A stretch of DNA of 64,000 nt from Octopus sinensis (Eukaryota), in contig NC_043015.1 in the NCBI RefSeq assembly GCF_006345805.1, positions 43,710,001-43,774,000 on the forward strand, written 5' to 3'. Of this stretch, positions 1 through 13,442 are shown piece by piece. Positions within the stretch are counted from its first letter, which is position 1. Every line of letters starts with the position of its first letter. A program made the translations under genes and the position numbers. The notes under the pieces are model-generated. The model was not told where the DNA came from. It searched no databases and was given only the letters and a program-made list of their open reading frames with translations.

Positions 1-314
1 AATAGTAGTGCTTTCTTCTTTTCTTCCGAATTTTCCAGTGTAACGTTAAAAGCTTTGCACGACTCCTACAACATAAGCGTATTTTTAACCAAAAACAACT
101 ATATATACAGACACAGTTGTGTGGTAAATAAGTTCGCTTGGCAAACACTAGTTTCGGGTTCAGTCCCACATCGCCTCACTATAAATTATCATCTACACAT
201 CTACCTCTAGTTTAGCGCCGAGAAAATACATGAGGAATTTAGAAGGCAGAAGCAGTGTGGAAACCACTTGTCCATACATATCTATTTATCTATCTATCTA
301 TCTATCTATTTATC

Positions 315-345
<31 letters not shown>

Positions 346-349
346 CTAA

Positions 350-381
<32 letters not shown>

Positions 382-797
382 ATATATATATATATATATA
401 TAATATAAATTTAAAGAAGAACAGAAAAGGGAGATAACGAAGTAAATAATTGTTTATTATTAACAAATTGCTCAGCTTCCTTTCTTACACCCGTTTCAAA
501 TAATTCTTAATAAGTTACTAACAAATTTGTACATTAGATTTATATTTATGTGCCATGAGTATAATTTCATCTGAGAAATAAAAAAGACAATTAACTTCCT
601 TATCTCCATTTTCATTTAAATGGATATAATCTATATGCTTAATATACTCGTATTGTGTTAAGGCAATTTCATTCCCAAAAAACACCGGGTGTTGGACCAG
701 TATTTTTTGGGAGGCAACCATCTCTTCAGAATATTAACACATCCTCTGACTAAATACATACCTAGTTGTCTACACCACCTGCCTTCGTAACTTGTTT

Positions 798-897
798 NNN
801 NNNNNNNNNNNNNNNNNNNNNNNNNNNNNNNNNNNNNNNNNNNNNNNNNNNNNNNNNNNNNNNNNNNNNNNNNNNNNNNNNNNNNNNNNNNNNNNNN
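798..897. other. Assembly gap (100 N)
   Basis: Run of exactly 100 N. Confidence 0.99.
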
Positions 898-1059
898 TGA
901 TAATAAAAGACATTCACTAGTACAACACTAAGTACAAAACCAAATATATGGCACCCTAGGCATAACACCATGAACTTCCAGCTTGTTGTCTCTTGAGGTC
1001 TCTGGGTGAGACTTGGAGACAACTTGTACAAATGTAAAGCAAAAGTCAAACATAGAATG

Positions 1060-1060
<1 letters not shown>
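898..1060 (+). mobile_element. 3' UTR end of an R4/Dong-like LINE followed by (TAA)n
   Basis: Near-identical to 16500-16640 (gacattcactagtacaacac...gcaaaag), which follows an RLE-domain ORF end; followed by a (TAA)n tract. Confidence 0.7.
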
Positions 1061-1155
<95 letters not shown>

Positions 1156-1159
1156 TAAT

Positions 1160-1370
1160 ATGTTCTACTAAAGGCACAAAGCCTGAAATTCTGGTGGAGG
1201 GGACTACATGGTCGATTACATGGTCCCCAGTGCTCAACTGGTACTTATTATACCAACCCTGAAAGGATGAAAGGCAAAGTCGGCCTCGGCGAAATTTGAA
1301 CTCAGAATGTAGCGACGGATGAAACACTGTTAAGCGTTTTGTCGACGTGTTAACGATCCTGCCATCACCA
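1160..1370 (-). mobile_element. tRNA-derived SINE, family A variant (degenerate)
   Basis: Reverse complement matches the family A core (aaaggatgaaaggcaaagtcg..ctcggcg.aatttgaactcagaa) with the alternative ggcctgaaatt tail also seen at 40455-40670. Confidence 0.7.
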
Positions 1371-1500
1371 CATCATCATCATCATCATCATCATCATTCT
1401 TCTTCTTCTTCTTCTTCTTCTTCTTTCTTCTTCTTTTTCTTCTTCTTCTTTTTCTTTTTTTTTTTTTCTTCTTCTTCTTCTTCTTCTTCTTCTTCTCATT

Positions 1501-1533
<33 letters not shown>

Positions 1534-1595
1534 GTTATTATTATTATCATCATCATCATCATCATCATTATTATTATTATTATTAATTATTATTA

Positions 1596-1641
<46 letters not shown>

Positions 1642-3327
1642 CATCATCATCATCATCATTAATGGTTATTGATTTCACGTGACACACAATCGATGCTAAT
1701 TGAGGATTAACCTCAAGTAAACTTTCTTCGTAACAAAAATAAAAAATAAAAAATAAAATTAAAAAATATATATAAACAGAAGCAGAAAATAAATGGGAGA
1801 CAAATATCGAACATATGATTGGAATGTTTTGTAATCGAACGTTCGATGTTCCGTTGACAAAACAACAATAAAAAAGCTGGGCGTAATTGCGTTATAATAA
1901 CAACGGGTTTTCAAATCGGATTATAACAAGCTTGTGTTTTTTTTTTTTGTTTTTTTTCAAATTATATTATAATAAGAGAAGTCGAAACGAAACAAAAAAT
2001 ACGATACAAATAAATTATAAAAGCAAAAACAAGCAAAAAAAATGCAGAAGAAAAAAAAAACAAGAGAGACCAAAAATACAAACATGCATCGTCAAATGTC
2101 GTCCATTCGAAAGCCATTGATAACCGTAACAGGTCTTCAAATGCTAATTGAGGATTACCAACGATGTTGTTATTCTTTGACGCTGCTTGCTCTTAGAAAT
2201 TCCTCCTTTCTGATTATTTGTCTTCTTGCAGTCAGCAATTTGTGGTATTTTAATATCGAAATTTAATTGGATCAAAAAACAGCAAGGAAGAAGCTTTGCA
2301 TCGTCTCAAACAAGTTTCTTTTTCGTCACTAATTTTTGCCGCGTGAAAAAAAAAAAAGCAAAATTTATGGTTTGCGTGGGAGGATGCAATAAATCATAAC
2401 TTCATCACAAAGGGTGGGGCTATATTCTTTTGATTCTTCTTCTTCTTCTTCTTCTTCTTCTTCTTCTTCTTCTTCTTCTTCTTCTTCTTCTTCTTCTTCT
2501 TCTTCTTCATCTTCTTCTTCTCCTGCTTATTGTTGTTCTTCTTCTTCTCCTGCTTCTTCTTCTTCTTCTTCTTCTTCTTCTTCTTTTTCTTCTTCTTCTT
2601 CTTCTTCTTCTTCCTTTTCTTCTTCTTCTTCTTCCTTTTCTTCTTCTTCTTCTTCTTCTTCTTTTCTTCTTCTTCTTCTTCTTCTCTTATTTCTTCGCTT
2701 CTTCTTCTCTTCTTTCCTTTTCTTCTTCTGCTCTTCTTCTTCTCTTCTTCTCTTCTTCTTTCTTCTTCGCTTCTTCTTTTTCTTCTTCTTCTATTCTTCT
2801 CTTCTTCTTCTTATTCTTCTTCGTGTGCTGGTGTGTGTGCGCTCGTGTGTATGTATGTATGTATGATGTATGTATGCATGTATGTATGTGTGTAAACGTG
2901 TGTGTGTGAATGCGTGGACACGACAAATCTAACGACTTAAAAAAGAAAAACCGTTACAAAATTCGCAAACACCAAAAAACCTCCAAAATCTCTGATTATA
3001 ACCGATAAATGCTTCGACTGAAAAAACCAAATCAATTTGCATTCATCAACTTACTCTATCGTTGTTTATGGTGAGGTCAGAAGAACTCTTCGAGTTTTTT
3101 CTAATGTTTGGTATCGTTTGTTTTATCTTTAGTAATTTTTTTTATTTATATTTATTTTTTTATTTTGTCTTCGTTTTCAGTAGAAAGTAAAGAGAAAAAA
3201 ATACAAAATTAAATTGTAAGAATATTTTTTTCATTTTGACAGAATAAATATTTCTAGAATGATGGATCAGATCATAGGGCTATCGTATTTGAATTGACCT
3301 GGGAGGGGGAGGTTATACAAAGAGAAG

Positions 3328-3394
<67 letters not shown>

Positions 3395-3646
3395 TAGTGC
3401 AGTACTCTTCACTTGAATGATGCCATTCTGGTAGTATATAACACGTAAGTGAAATGATTTGCAACATAGATTAGTAGTAGTAGTAGTAGTAGAGTTGGTG
3501 GTGTGAAAGTAGTTGTGGCAGTGGTATTGGTGGTAGTGGTAGTGGTAGCAGTGATTGCGATGATGGAGCAAGTAGTGGTGGTGGTAGTGGTGTTGGTGGT
3601 AGTTTAGTAGTAGTAGTAGTGATGGTGATGGTAAAACTAGTAGTTA

Positions 3647-3679
<33 letters not shown>

Positions 3680-3960
3680 CAATGATGGCGGTGGTGAAAC
3701 TAGTGGAGGCAGTGGTGATTGTGGTGGTGGTAGTAGTAGTAGTAGTAGTGATGGTATTAGTAAAACTAGTAGTGATGGTAGTTTTATTATTATCATTATT
3801 ATTATTATTGTTGTTATTATTATTATTATTTTATTATTATTATTATTATTAGTAGTAGTAGTAGTAGTAATAGTAGTAGTAGTAGTAGTAGTAGTAGTAG
3901 CGATGACGGTGTCAAAACTAATGCTTGTGTTGGTGGTGGTGGTGGTAGTAGTAGATTTTG
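1365..3960. repeat. Cluster of compound trinucleotide microsatellites: (CAT)/(TCT)/(TAT) at 1365-1660, (TCT)n at 2434-2820, (CTA)/(TAG)/(TGG) at 3328-3960
   Basis: Directly visible; explains the homopolymeric ORFs in the track. Confidence 0.95.
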
Positions 3961-5215
3961 TTGTTGCTTAACTTTACATCAGTCAGTATATGGTAGCTGA
4001 ATTAGTTATGGTTCCAGAAGCACTCTTTCCGTCCATTACTTTTCTAGCTAAGTGTATCTGGAACGAAACTATTTAATATATGCTACTTCAATATATAATA
4101 TTCTAGAGTGTGATACATGAGGAGATTTCATTGCTATTTCTAGCAGTTTTAGCGACCGCCGTCTGACTTCTCCATCGGTTCTAGGAAAGTGCAGCAGCAC
4201 AATACCGAAATATATTACAGCAACTTAGCAGTGGTTCCTATATATATATATACGTAATTCTTTTACAAATTGCTATGTTCTTGGCACATCAAATCAGCTT
4301 TTTCAGACGTTTCGAGATCATTAAATTTATGCTTTAAGGAAATATTCTTCTTTCGCCTCTATAAGAAGAAAAGCCATCAAGACTTTCTTATTTCGCCAAT
4401 AAATCTCAGCATTTTAATATCTTTCTTAAAAATCACTTTATGTTCCTCTCTTACATTTTTCTATTTATTCATTTATTTATTTATTTAAGCAACTACTGTC
4501 TATTCAGTTGCCATTGCTGTTGTTCTTATTGTTGTCTTTATTACTATTCTTACTGTTGTTGTTGTTAATTCTATTGTTAGCCTTCTTTTAACCCTTTTCG
4601 CTCGCAGTCAGTCCTGATGGAGTATATCAACGCCCGGTCAACGGCTTTCCAAACAATGCCCAATCAGTTTCCTGATATCGAATATCAATGGCTACACATT
4701 CATATCTGTCTTTTTCATATCTAAGGCAGTACAGTATGACTTGAAGACGCTTTCGCTGCTATGTTGGACGAACAGCCATTTAAAAATACTTTAGTGGTTG
4801 GTGTTGTTTGTTTGAGTCTAAAATATAAAAAAAATATGCATCTATCATTGTTTATCATTGATCATTCATCACCGATCCAATATAACTCATTGTAAGCCTC
4901 GTTACGCTTTTCACGAACTGATCTGTAATAACACGACTCGACGATCAGTCAACGATTGTACTTAGACCAAAAGAGAGAACCCCCAGCAACCATACACGAT
5001 GCTCAGGACAACTTAGGCCTCGGAACGAAACCTATTTTTCCCTATAACTCATTTTTCTACCAATTCATTTATCACTGATTCATATAATACGCTATTTTTT
5101 TCTTACAACCAATCAAACGTGATAAACGAAGATAGACATGTACCATTTTGATTTCTGCTTCCTTCAATAATATATATATATATATATACCTCTCTTTTTT
5201 TTCTTTATCTGACAG

Positions 5216-5339
5216 GTATATGGCTATATTGCATCCACTGCAGTCGAAATATTTGTGCACAATATCTCATGCAAGAATAGTAATTACAATTGTATGGTTC
5301 TTGTCTTTTGTACTGGCAATCCCCATCTTGAAAGGAAGG
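5216..5339 (+). CDS. Class A peptide GPCR, internal exon (end of TM3, ICL2, TM4)
   Basis: Pyrimidine tract and acceptor GACAG|G at 5215; (R)YMAILHPLQSKYLCTISHARIVITIVWFLSFVLAIPILKGR contains the RY of the D/ERY motif and TM4 W..S...A.P; donor GTAAGT at 5340. Phase 2 in, phase 0 out. Confidence 0.93.
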
Positions 5340-5379
5340 GTAAGTCATTTTTAAATACATTTCTTCACTGTTCTTCACT

Positions 5380-5643
5380 CCTGCTCCAGAGTCTCGGCTG
5401 CGGGGTCATTCCGAAAAGCTCTACCTGCGACGATTTCATCTCAATCGAAGGAGAGGAGCTTTCTCCGTCCGGGTTGCGGATCCGTGGAACAAGCTGCCAG
5501 ACGAGATGGTGAAGATGCCGACGACCGCTTTGTTCAAAGCCTCCCTTGACCTCAAGTGGCGTGAACTCTTTACATGAACACCACCCTGTACTTAACTCCA
5601 TGTCCCCCTACATGGCCTTGTTATTTGCTTTTGAGCCAAAATT

Positions 5644-5679
<36 letters not shown>
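5380..5679 (+). mobile_element. CR1-type LINE 3' end with (CTAA)n tail
   Basis: Translates to RGHSEKLYLRRFHLNRRRGAFSVRVADPWNKLPDEMVKMPTTALFKASLDLKW*, the CR1 ORF2 C-terminus pattern (RGH..KL...FS.RV...WN.LP...FK..LD); short UTR and (CTAA)n at 5647-5678. Confidence 0.88.
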
Positions 5680-6223
5680 ATTTTGCGTTTGATATTTCTA
5701 TTCTCTTCTGGCACAAGCTAAATTGTTTGTTTGTAAAGGTGATCAACTAGCAGAACCTTCACAAAATTTGCGCTGTGTGGTGCTACACTAAAACCCCAAT
5801 TCCTTTTGTGGAAGAGTTTAAAGTTATAAAAGTCAACTGACGCTTAAAGCTTTGCAAATCTGGGATCGCCATTGGCGGCGCAATTTTGATATTAGTTGTG
5901 TCAAATAATGGAGTATACAAAACTGCTAGAAAAGCACATATATGTACGTGGTGGAACGTTCATACTATCGTGTGAACGTAGAATTATAATCACACATATA
6001 TGTGTAAATGTGCGAGTGCCTGCGTGTAAGTGTATGGGTATGAACGCTTCGACACACGCATATATATATAAAATATTATTGGTGAATTGAAGAAATGGAG
6101 CTGAACGAAGATTGAACAGAAATCGTTTTATTTCATTCTACACGTGTTTCGAGAGGCACAATTTACCAAAATCCGATTGATTAATCTGCTACAAGATTAT
6201 TCATCTTTCTATTTCACATAATA

Positions 6224-6263
<40 letters not shown>

Positions 6264-6759
6264 TATATATATATATGTATATATAGATATATATATATAA
6301 ATGGAGATTAACGCAGGTATAAATTAAACACTTTTAAGTTCGACAATGTTTCGAAGATTTCACTGATATTATTCCAAAGGAATAAATGGTGTAAAACAAT
6401 GCACTCTTCTCTTCAGGGAAGTGAAGAAATGAAACTCGTCAATAAGACATTTTTATAGAAAATGATGGGTATGTATTGTGATTAACTGAACGCTATTAAT
6501 ATAGTTTGAAAAAACGTTATATGATATAACGTCAGAAGTAGCCTATAGAAAGAGGAGGAATATTTATAATGAATGTTAAATATAAAGGAAATTAATGTTT
6601 AAATTATATATAATGATAGAGATTATTTATATGAACTAAAGGTGTGTTTTCTGCCAAAGTTTACATCGGTATGCACGCTCTATAACCGTGTTTACTAGGG
6701 GATTTAAAAAAAAAATAATGAAAAATAGTTCAGAATTACAGAGAGGACAGAATTCCTTG

Positions 6760-6870
6760 CCTTTGTCATAAGGTATCGAGATTGACAGAATCAACCATTC
6801 TAAATTAAATTGTTCATTGTGGTCTTTTAGAATGGCTGATTCTCTTAATCTCGATACCTTATGACAAAGG
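6760..6870. repeat. 45-bp-arm inverted repeat (hairpin or MITE-like)
   Basis: 6760-6804 versus the reverse complement of 6826-6870: 42/45 identical, 21-nt loop. Confidence 0.9.
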
Positions 6871-7149
6871 TACCATATTTTACCGGGATGGGTTTACAGT
6901 TTCGTTGTACAACAGTGGGACACTTAACAACTGGTTTAGGTGCATCCGATGGTGTAGATGTGTCGCTTCAGGGGATAAATGGACATAACTCGTTAGGATA
7001 AAAGTTCTGCAATGTATCTTCTCATTTCGTGAAAAGAAAATCAGCAGATTAAAGGATATATCTTCAATTATACAGAAGATCAATAATAGAATCACAGATG
7101 CAAAAAAGAAACAAACACGCAATACAGCGAAAAAATAATAGATTACATT

Positions 7150-7181
7150 ATATATATTTATGTGTGTATGTATGTATGTAG

Positions 7182-7212
<31 letters not shown>

Positions 7213-7640
7213 TGTATGTATGTATGTATGTATGTATGTATGTATGTATGTATATGTCTGTGTGTATGTATGTATATATGTATATATGTCTGTGTGTATG
7301 TATGTATATATGTCTGTGTGTATGTATGTATGTATGTATATATGTCTGTGTGTATGTATGTATGTATGTATACATGTCTGTGTGTATGTATGTATGTTGT
7401 ATGTATGTGTGTATGTATGTATGTATGTATGTATGTATGTATGTATGTATGTCTGTGTGTATGTATGTATGTATATATGTCTGTCTGTCTGTATTTATGT
7501 ATGTATGTATATATGTCTGTGTGTTTGTATGTATGTATATATGTCTGTGTGTAAGTATGTATGTATATATGTCTGTGTGTATGTATGTATGTATGTATGT
7601 ATGTATGTATATATGTCAGTGTGTATGTATATATATATAT
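7150..7640. repeat. (TATG)n-based compound microsatellite
   Basis: Directly visible. Confidence 0.95.
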
Positions 7641-8177
7641 ACACTCTATAATCCTGGGCTTATATCTCGTTTTAGACCGAAATTATATTGGAATCATAAC
7701 CTGATATATTTGCGTGTTTCGATTCTCTTTCTTTTGGAATTATATATTTATCCAAAGATTAACTTTGAATAACAAAGTAGGCCCAACTAGTTCAGAGTTT
7801 GTGTGTACTTTAATCTTTACAGCCGCGTGCTTTTGGTAACCTCAACTTTCCGTTTCTTTTTCTATTCATCAGAATTTTTCAGACTATTTGTGATAACTAT
7901 ATAGCTACGCCCTAACAACTCTGCAAATTCACAGCCCTAATATTTCATTAAATACGGTATTCAACTGTCAGATCCGAATCTTAAAATCTATGAAACGATA
8001 CGTTTCTCTTAGTAGGTTCCATCTTCTTTTGGATCTTAGCGTCACCACGGAGTGACTCATCTGTAGGCAAAATATCCAGTGAAATCAATCCATGGACATT
8101 AACGCTGCAGTTAAAGTGGACTACCGCACCAAGCGAGAAACGATCCGTTCGCGAAGCAGATGTGCGCACAAGATGTA

Positions 8178-8725
8178 TTGGGTTGTCCGGAAAGTTTGTG
8201 CCGATTTATAGCAGCTTACCTTTCGACTTATTTTATAACATGGTTGAGTCCATAAAATAGGATTTGACTACACCTCCATTTAGAGCACAGTTTAAGCTAT
8301 CTTTTCGTAGAAGAAGGTTTATGTTCTTACAACTCGTGTTAATTCTGTAACCCTTCAAAATGGAAGATAAGAAAGTTCATTTTCGGCACTTGATGCTTTG
8401 GGAACCAGACAAAAATTGCTGCAGCTCGGCTGGGATGTGTAACCCCACCCTCCATGTTCACCAGATATTGCTCCTTCGGATTTCCACTTATTCAGGTCTC
8501 TGCAGAATAGTCTTAATGGTAAAAATTTCAATTCCTTGGATGACGTAAAAAGATACCTTGGTGAATTCTTTGCTGTGAAACCACGTCAATTCTAGGAAGT
8601 GGGTATTTTCAAGTTAAAGGAAAGATAGAGACGCATTGTGCAACAAACTGTTTCATATTTGGTTGATTATAAATGTAACGACAAGTATTTATTAACCTTT
8701 ATCTTTCCTTTAAAAATCGGCAAGA
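8178..8725 (+). mobile_element. Internally deleted mariner element
   Basis: TA followed by left TIR TTGGGTTGTCCGGAAAGTTTGTGCCGATT; N-terminus MEDKKVHFRHLMLWE fused to C-terminal HPPCSPDIAPSDFHLFRSLQNSL (YSPDLAPSD motif); partial right TIR aaatcggca near 8715-8723; stop codons present. Confidence 0.87.
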
Positions 8726-9312
8726 ATTCAAACTTAAGATCAGTTCCAATATGGTTGACAGATATATGAATTTATAAAAGTTTTTCACTGCAATTTATTG
8801 TCATGGAGAAAGGACTCAAACGATCCTCAAACATACTTCGACTTGTTTGAAGGTGGAATTCTTCCTTTCCTTGTTTCCTACCTCTACTCACATATACAGA
8901 CTTCAGCTATAAGTCAGTAGGTCACGTTATTCAATAGACGACTCTGTCGTTCATATAGAATGCCCGATATTATTAAGAGTGCCTTTATTGATCCCATAAA
9001 GATGAAAGACAAATTGAATTGTGGGGTAAGAGATTTCAAAACTTACGGTTGTTAACGGAAGCAACAAAATATCGCGTGGCATTCAATCCATCCGTGTATA
9101 AAGCATGTTAATATAATTACATCTTCTCCACCGCAAGAACACGGTCTGTTAATGATAGCAAATATTAAAGAATTCAAAGGTAAAATGCTGTAGATTGAAA
9201 GAAAAGACCGAAATTTGTGATATTTCATCATTAAAGTCAACAGATGAGTGTGAATAGAGACAGGCTTCGACATTTCAGTGTTGTGAAAGCAATTGTGTGT
9301 GTGCGTGTGTGT

Positions 9313-9356
<44 letters not shown>

Positions 9357-9676
9357 AATTGAAAAAGGTCAATGGAATGGAAGAATAAAGGGTAGAATAT
9401 TTTCTTCATGACAAACTGCAGCGAAAAGCTTTTGTGGAACTGGACTTAAGTCTTCGCGCATCTCCTCACTGATATATATATATCGGGAAGATGAGAGAAA
9501 AATACAGCGTGAGAGACAGAAGAGAGAGTGAGAGAGAGAGGAAGAGAGAGAAAGAGAGAGGGAGAAGGAGAGAGGAAAAGAGAGAGAATGTAAGTGTAAA
9601 TGTATCAAGGGCAAAAGGAGAGGCAGATGTAAAGTTAGCGGTATCAGTAGCATTCTATTATTCCCTTATTCTATTA

Positions 9677-9894
9677 CAGTAATCCCTCGATTATCGCGGG
9701 TGGTACATTCCGAACCCTCCCGCGATAAGTGAATATCCGCGAAGTAGAAACAGTACTGTATATTTTTAAAATTCTTTTTATAATTTGTATATATTTAATA
9801 TCATTATAAATGCAAAACAACACTACGGAGGTACCATCGTAAGCTGAAGTAATAAACCGCGATAAGTGAACCGCGATAGTGTGAAGAAGTACTG
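9677..9894. mobile_element. Tigger/pogo-type MITE
   Basis: TA|CAGTAATCCCTCGATTATCGCG ... agtACTG|TA ends, with internal ccgcgata repeats typical of Tigger ends. Confidence 0.75.
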
Positions 9895-9969
9895 TATTCT
9901 TGTATTCTTTTACTAGTTTCAGACATTTGACTACAAAGGTAGTGAGGCACCGCACTGAAAGGCTTAGTC

Positions 9970-10207
9970 CGGTGATTCCCAAACTTTCTCGGACTGCCGC
10001 CCTCTTGACACTCCAGCCACATTCCTAACACCCACCCCCGCGTATTACCGCAAACATAGACCACTTTCTGCAGAAAACAGAAAATTGAAAAAAATAAAAA
10101 TTAACTTAATTAATCCATTATTTGGGGTTTTGTTTAAATCCATTGCCTCCTGTTGGCAGCTCCATTATCGCCCTACTTTTCTTCAAAGCCCCTTTTGGGA
10201 ATCACTC
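9970..10207. mobile_element. hAT (Charlie/Buster-type) MITE
   Basis: TIRs CGGTGATTCCCAAA / TTTGGGAATCACTC; flanking 8-mers GCTTAGTC and GTTTAGTA match 6/8 with central TA. Confidence 0.75.
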
Positions 10208-10355
10208 GTTTAGTAAAAAAAATCGACCCCAGTAACTTCTGATTTGAAAGTCTGGTAGTTATTCAATCGGACTTAAAACAACAACGCCAATTATTCAGCG
10301 GATTGGGGGAAAACACTCAGACACACACACACAATGTATGTATATATATATATAC

Positions 10356-10447
<92 letters not shown>

Positions 10448-10539
10448 ATATGTATATCTGTGTGTGTGTATATAGGCTCGACACGTTAAAGATTCTTTTA
10501 AATTCCTGAGCGTTATACTGATACATCCGTTTGTTTTCT

Positions 10540-10760
10540 ACATCACCTGTCTTCGTCTTTTGTTTTTTTTTGTGAATTCTCTCCCTGTATATATATATAG
10601 TTGAAATTTATAGAAAAACAAAAGACGGAGGCAGGTGTATGAACAACGTGTATGAACAAGAAAGTTTGACGCTCGGGAAAAATGAAAAAGTCTTTTACGT
10701 TTCGAGCCGACGCTCTTCAACAGAAAGGAATAAGAGAAAATAAAAAGAGAAAATGAACAT
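10540..10760 (-). mobile_element. Short HHR-bearing dispersed repeat (solo pLTR-like), copy 1
   Basis: Homologous to 15900-16045, 23885-24045 and 48020-48150; motif at 10692-10727 (minus): CTTT CTGTTGAA GAGC GTCG GCTC GAAACGT A AAAG. Confidence 0.75.
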
Positions 10761-11516
10761 CATCATGTAGAGATTAGCGATCTATATATCGTTATATGGT
10801 TTGCTGAATTTATTAATACCAATTATATGTCATTAATCGGTCAGTGGTTATAGTAGAAAACACTTGGCTAAGGTGCGACCCAGTGGAATTGAACCGGGAA
10901 CCACATGATTGCAAAATAAAGTTCTTAACTACACATCCACATCGGTATCTATCTAGAAAATAGTGATGCAGAGACGAGGTTAATCAATGAGTGATTCTTG
11001 AGGTAAACGAAATCGAACGAAACACTTCCAGCAAGATCATAAGATGTCACCTCATTTATAAGCCATATAGTCATTTCGAAGCAAAAGAAAACTTATAAAT
11101 TAAATTTCGTTCCAGAGTTTGTATTTTGTGTTTTGTTGTACTTTTTATTGTGTTTCTTCTTTCCTTTGCAATTCTTGTTTCCTTTTGTTCATTCTTTCCG
11201 TTCAAAAATCTCAGTTCCGTGTTTAAATCGTGTCATAGAGATTTCATTTCATTGCTTATTATTGCTTCGAAATTATTTTGATACCGCAGTGTATTATCTT
11301 CGGAAGAACACATTGCAGATTTGTAAAGTGGTCAATATGAAAGCTGAAGTAGAAAATGAAGAAGAAGAAAAAATAATCAAACAAAATTTGAAAGAATTGA
11401 GGAAAAAAATATATATAAAAAAAGAAGAAAACGAAATGGCATTGTTTGCAGAAAATTAAACCGCGATGCAATTTACGAAATAATAAGAATGGTCGTCACT
11501 TGTTGTTTACCTGCAA

Positions 11517-11554
<38 letters not shown>

Positions 11555-12146
11555 TTATATACATATACGTGTCTGTGTGTATGTATGTCGGAAAAAGACA
11601 CAAAAGCACAGAAAAACACACATTCACATACGCAGACTCATATACACACATACACACACACACAGGCACACACACATAAAAATACATTCACACGCACATG
11701 CACACACACGCACACATGTACACATGCATACACAGACACATACTCACACAGACACACACACACACACATACACACATATACACACATGTACTTACACATG
11801 CACAGACACATACACACAGAGACAGGTACACACACAGGCACACGCACATACACATACATATACACGCATGCACATGCTCACACACGTACATATGTACACA
11901 CACACACATTCACAGATATATACACACAAAGACAAACACACACATACAGACACACTCACACACGCACACTCAGAAACATTGCGTTGGTTTAGATTCGACT
12001 TTAGAACTTGACTGTGAAAATAATTAACAATTTCTTAACTATGTTCATGATCAATTGAAACCGAAGGTAATGTATAGAAGATCGCATCGACCTCATGCAA
12101 TTACTGGTATAGTTTAAACGGCCACATAGTATAGGAAAATATTTAT

Positions 12147-12547
12147 AGGCGCAGGAGTGGCTGTGTGGTAAGTAGCTTGCTTACAAACCACATGGTTCCG
12201 GGTTTAGTTCAACTGTGTGGCACCTTGGGCAAATGTCTTCTACTATAGCCTCGTGCCGACCAAAGCCTTGTGAGTGGATTTGGTAGACGGAAACTGAAAG
12301 AAGCCTGTCGTATATATGTATATATATATGTGTGTGTGTTTGTGTGTCTGTTTGTCCCTCCACATTCGCTTGGCAACGGATGCTGGTGTGTTTACATCCC
12401 CGTAACTTAGCGGTTCGGCAAAAAGAGACCGATAGAATAAGTACTAGGCTTACAAAGAATTAGTCTTGGGGTCGATTTGCTCGACTAAAGGCGGTGCTCC
12501 AGTATGGCCGCTGTCAAATGCCTGAAACAAATAAAAGAGTAAAGAGA
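12147..12547 (+). mobile_element. tRNA-derived CORE-like SINE (family B) with internal (TA)n(TG)n
   Basis: A-box-like gtggctgtgtggtaag, B-box-like ggttccgggtt.agt, CORE-like caccttgggcaa, and aaaagagt tail; multiple copies in the window. Confidence 0.85.
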
Positions 12548-13255
12548 GGGTAACTGATTCCGATGCTACATGAAAACTGAAAACGGGTCGAAACTCTTTT
12601 ATTTGAAACTTTGACGACCAAGATGAGCCGCACAATTCTGTGCTAGGAATTTCTTCCCCTGTTAGCTTTATAATTTCTCGCTTTTGTGTTGTGAATCTCT
12701 GTCAATAACATTAATGTAGGTGAGTGGTTTTTATCCCCAATGAGGAAGTGGAAGTCTGCAAAATATAACGAGCTACGGTCTGTTGTTTATCAGGATGTCA
12801 GTGGCCAGCGAAGTTTAGAATGCGTTGAGCAACAATAGTGAGTGAAATGTGTTTTCAAGAATCTTCTCTTTCATCCTGTGCTTACACCATGAGATAATTT
12901 GATCCCCCACAAAAACTTGTATGTACTGTCAGTGTAAGCCTTAAGTATCTTCTTCATTGTTGAGGGTTTGGATCCATAAAGCTCGATACACACTACACAT
13001 TCTCTGAAGAACGCAAGCCTTTTTCACATTAAAACGTTCTATTATATTTCATTACCGGTAATTTTGAAGCTTCTTATAGGGATCTCAGGCAATCCTTTGG
13101 ATGTAAAGGAGAGAACGATTTTCTTATCGTTGGTAATACATGATCCACTGTACAAGAAATCACCTCATTGAGTTCTGTGTCATCGATAGCAAAACCGGAA
13201 TTTGGCTTTCTTTAGATATTAAATTCTCTAAATATTCCAGTTTGGTGCTCTATAA

Positions 13256-13442
13256 CAGTGCACCGCAGCCTTTTTTCACTTGCGGTACACTTATATTCTT
13301 ATCAAAAATTCAGCGGCACAACTGAAATTAAAAATATAGCTAAAAGTATAGTGGAAAAAATTATATTCAGGTTACACTGCGGTACATCTAGCATCGTTTC
13401 ATGGCACACCAAAGTGCCGCGACATACCGGTTGCAGAAACTT
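13256..13442. mobile_element. hAT (Buster/Charlie-type) MITE with an exact 8-bp TSD
   Basis: CTCTATAA at 13248-13255 and 13443-13450; starts CAGTG; ggcacacc...gtgccgcg...accggttg subterminal motifs; TIRs degenerate. Confidence 0.8.

Noticed and set aside
1-5215. Upstream GPCR exons (TM1-TM3)
   Set aside because: No hydrophobic non-repetitive ORF with suitable splice sites was found; they are probably outside the window or hidden in the gap.
6135-6185. Minus-strand GAAACACGTGT palindrome resembling HHR stem III
   Set aside because: No core or stem II upstream.
12147-12230. tRNA genes at SINE heads (also 36444, 40824, 56444)
   Set aside because: A/B boxes are present, but there is no complete cloverleaf and each head continues into a SINE body.
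12640-13250. Possible hAT transposase remnant beside the MITE
   Set aside because: No convincing conserved motif was recovered by hand translation.
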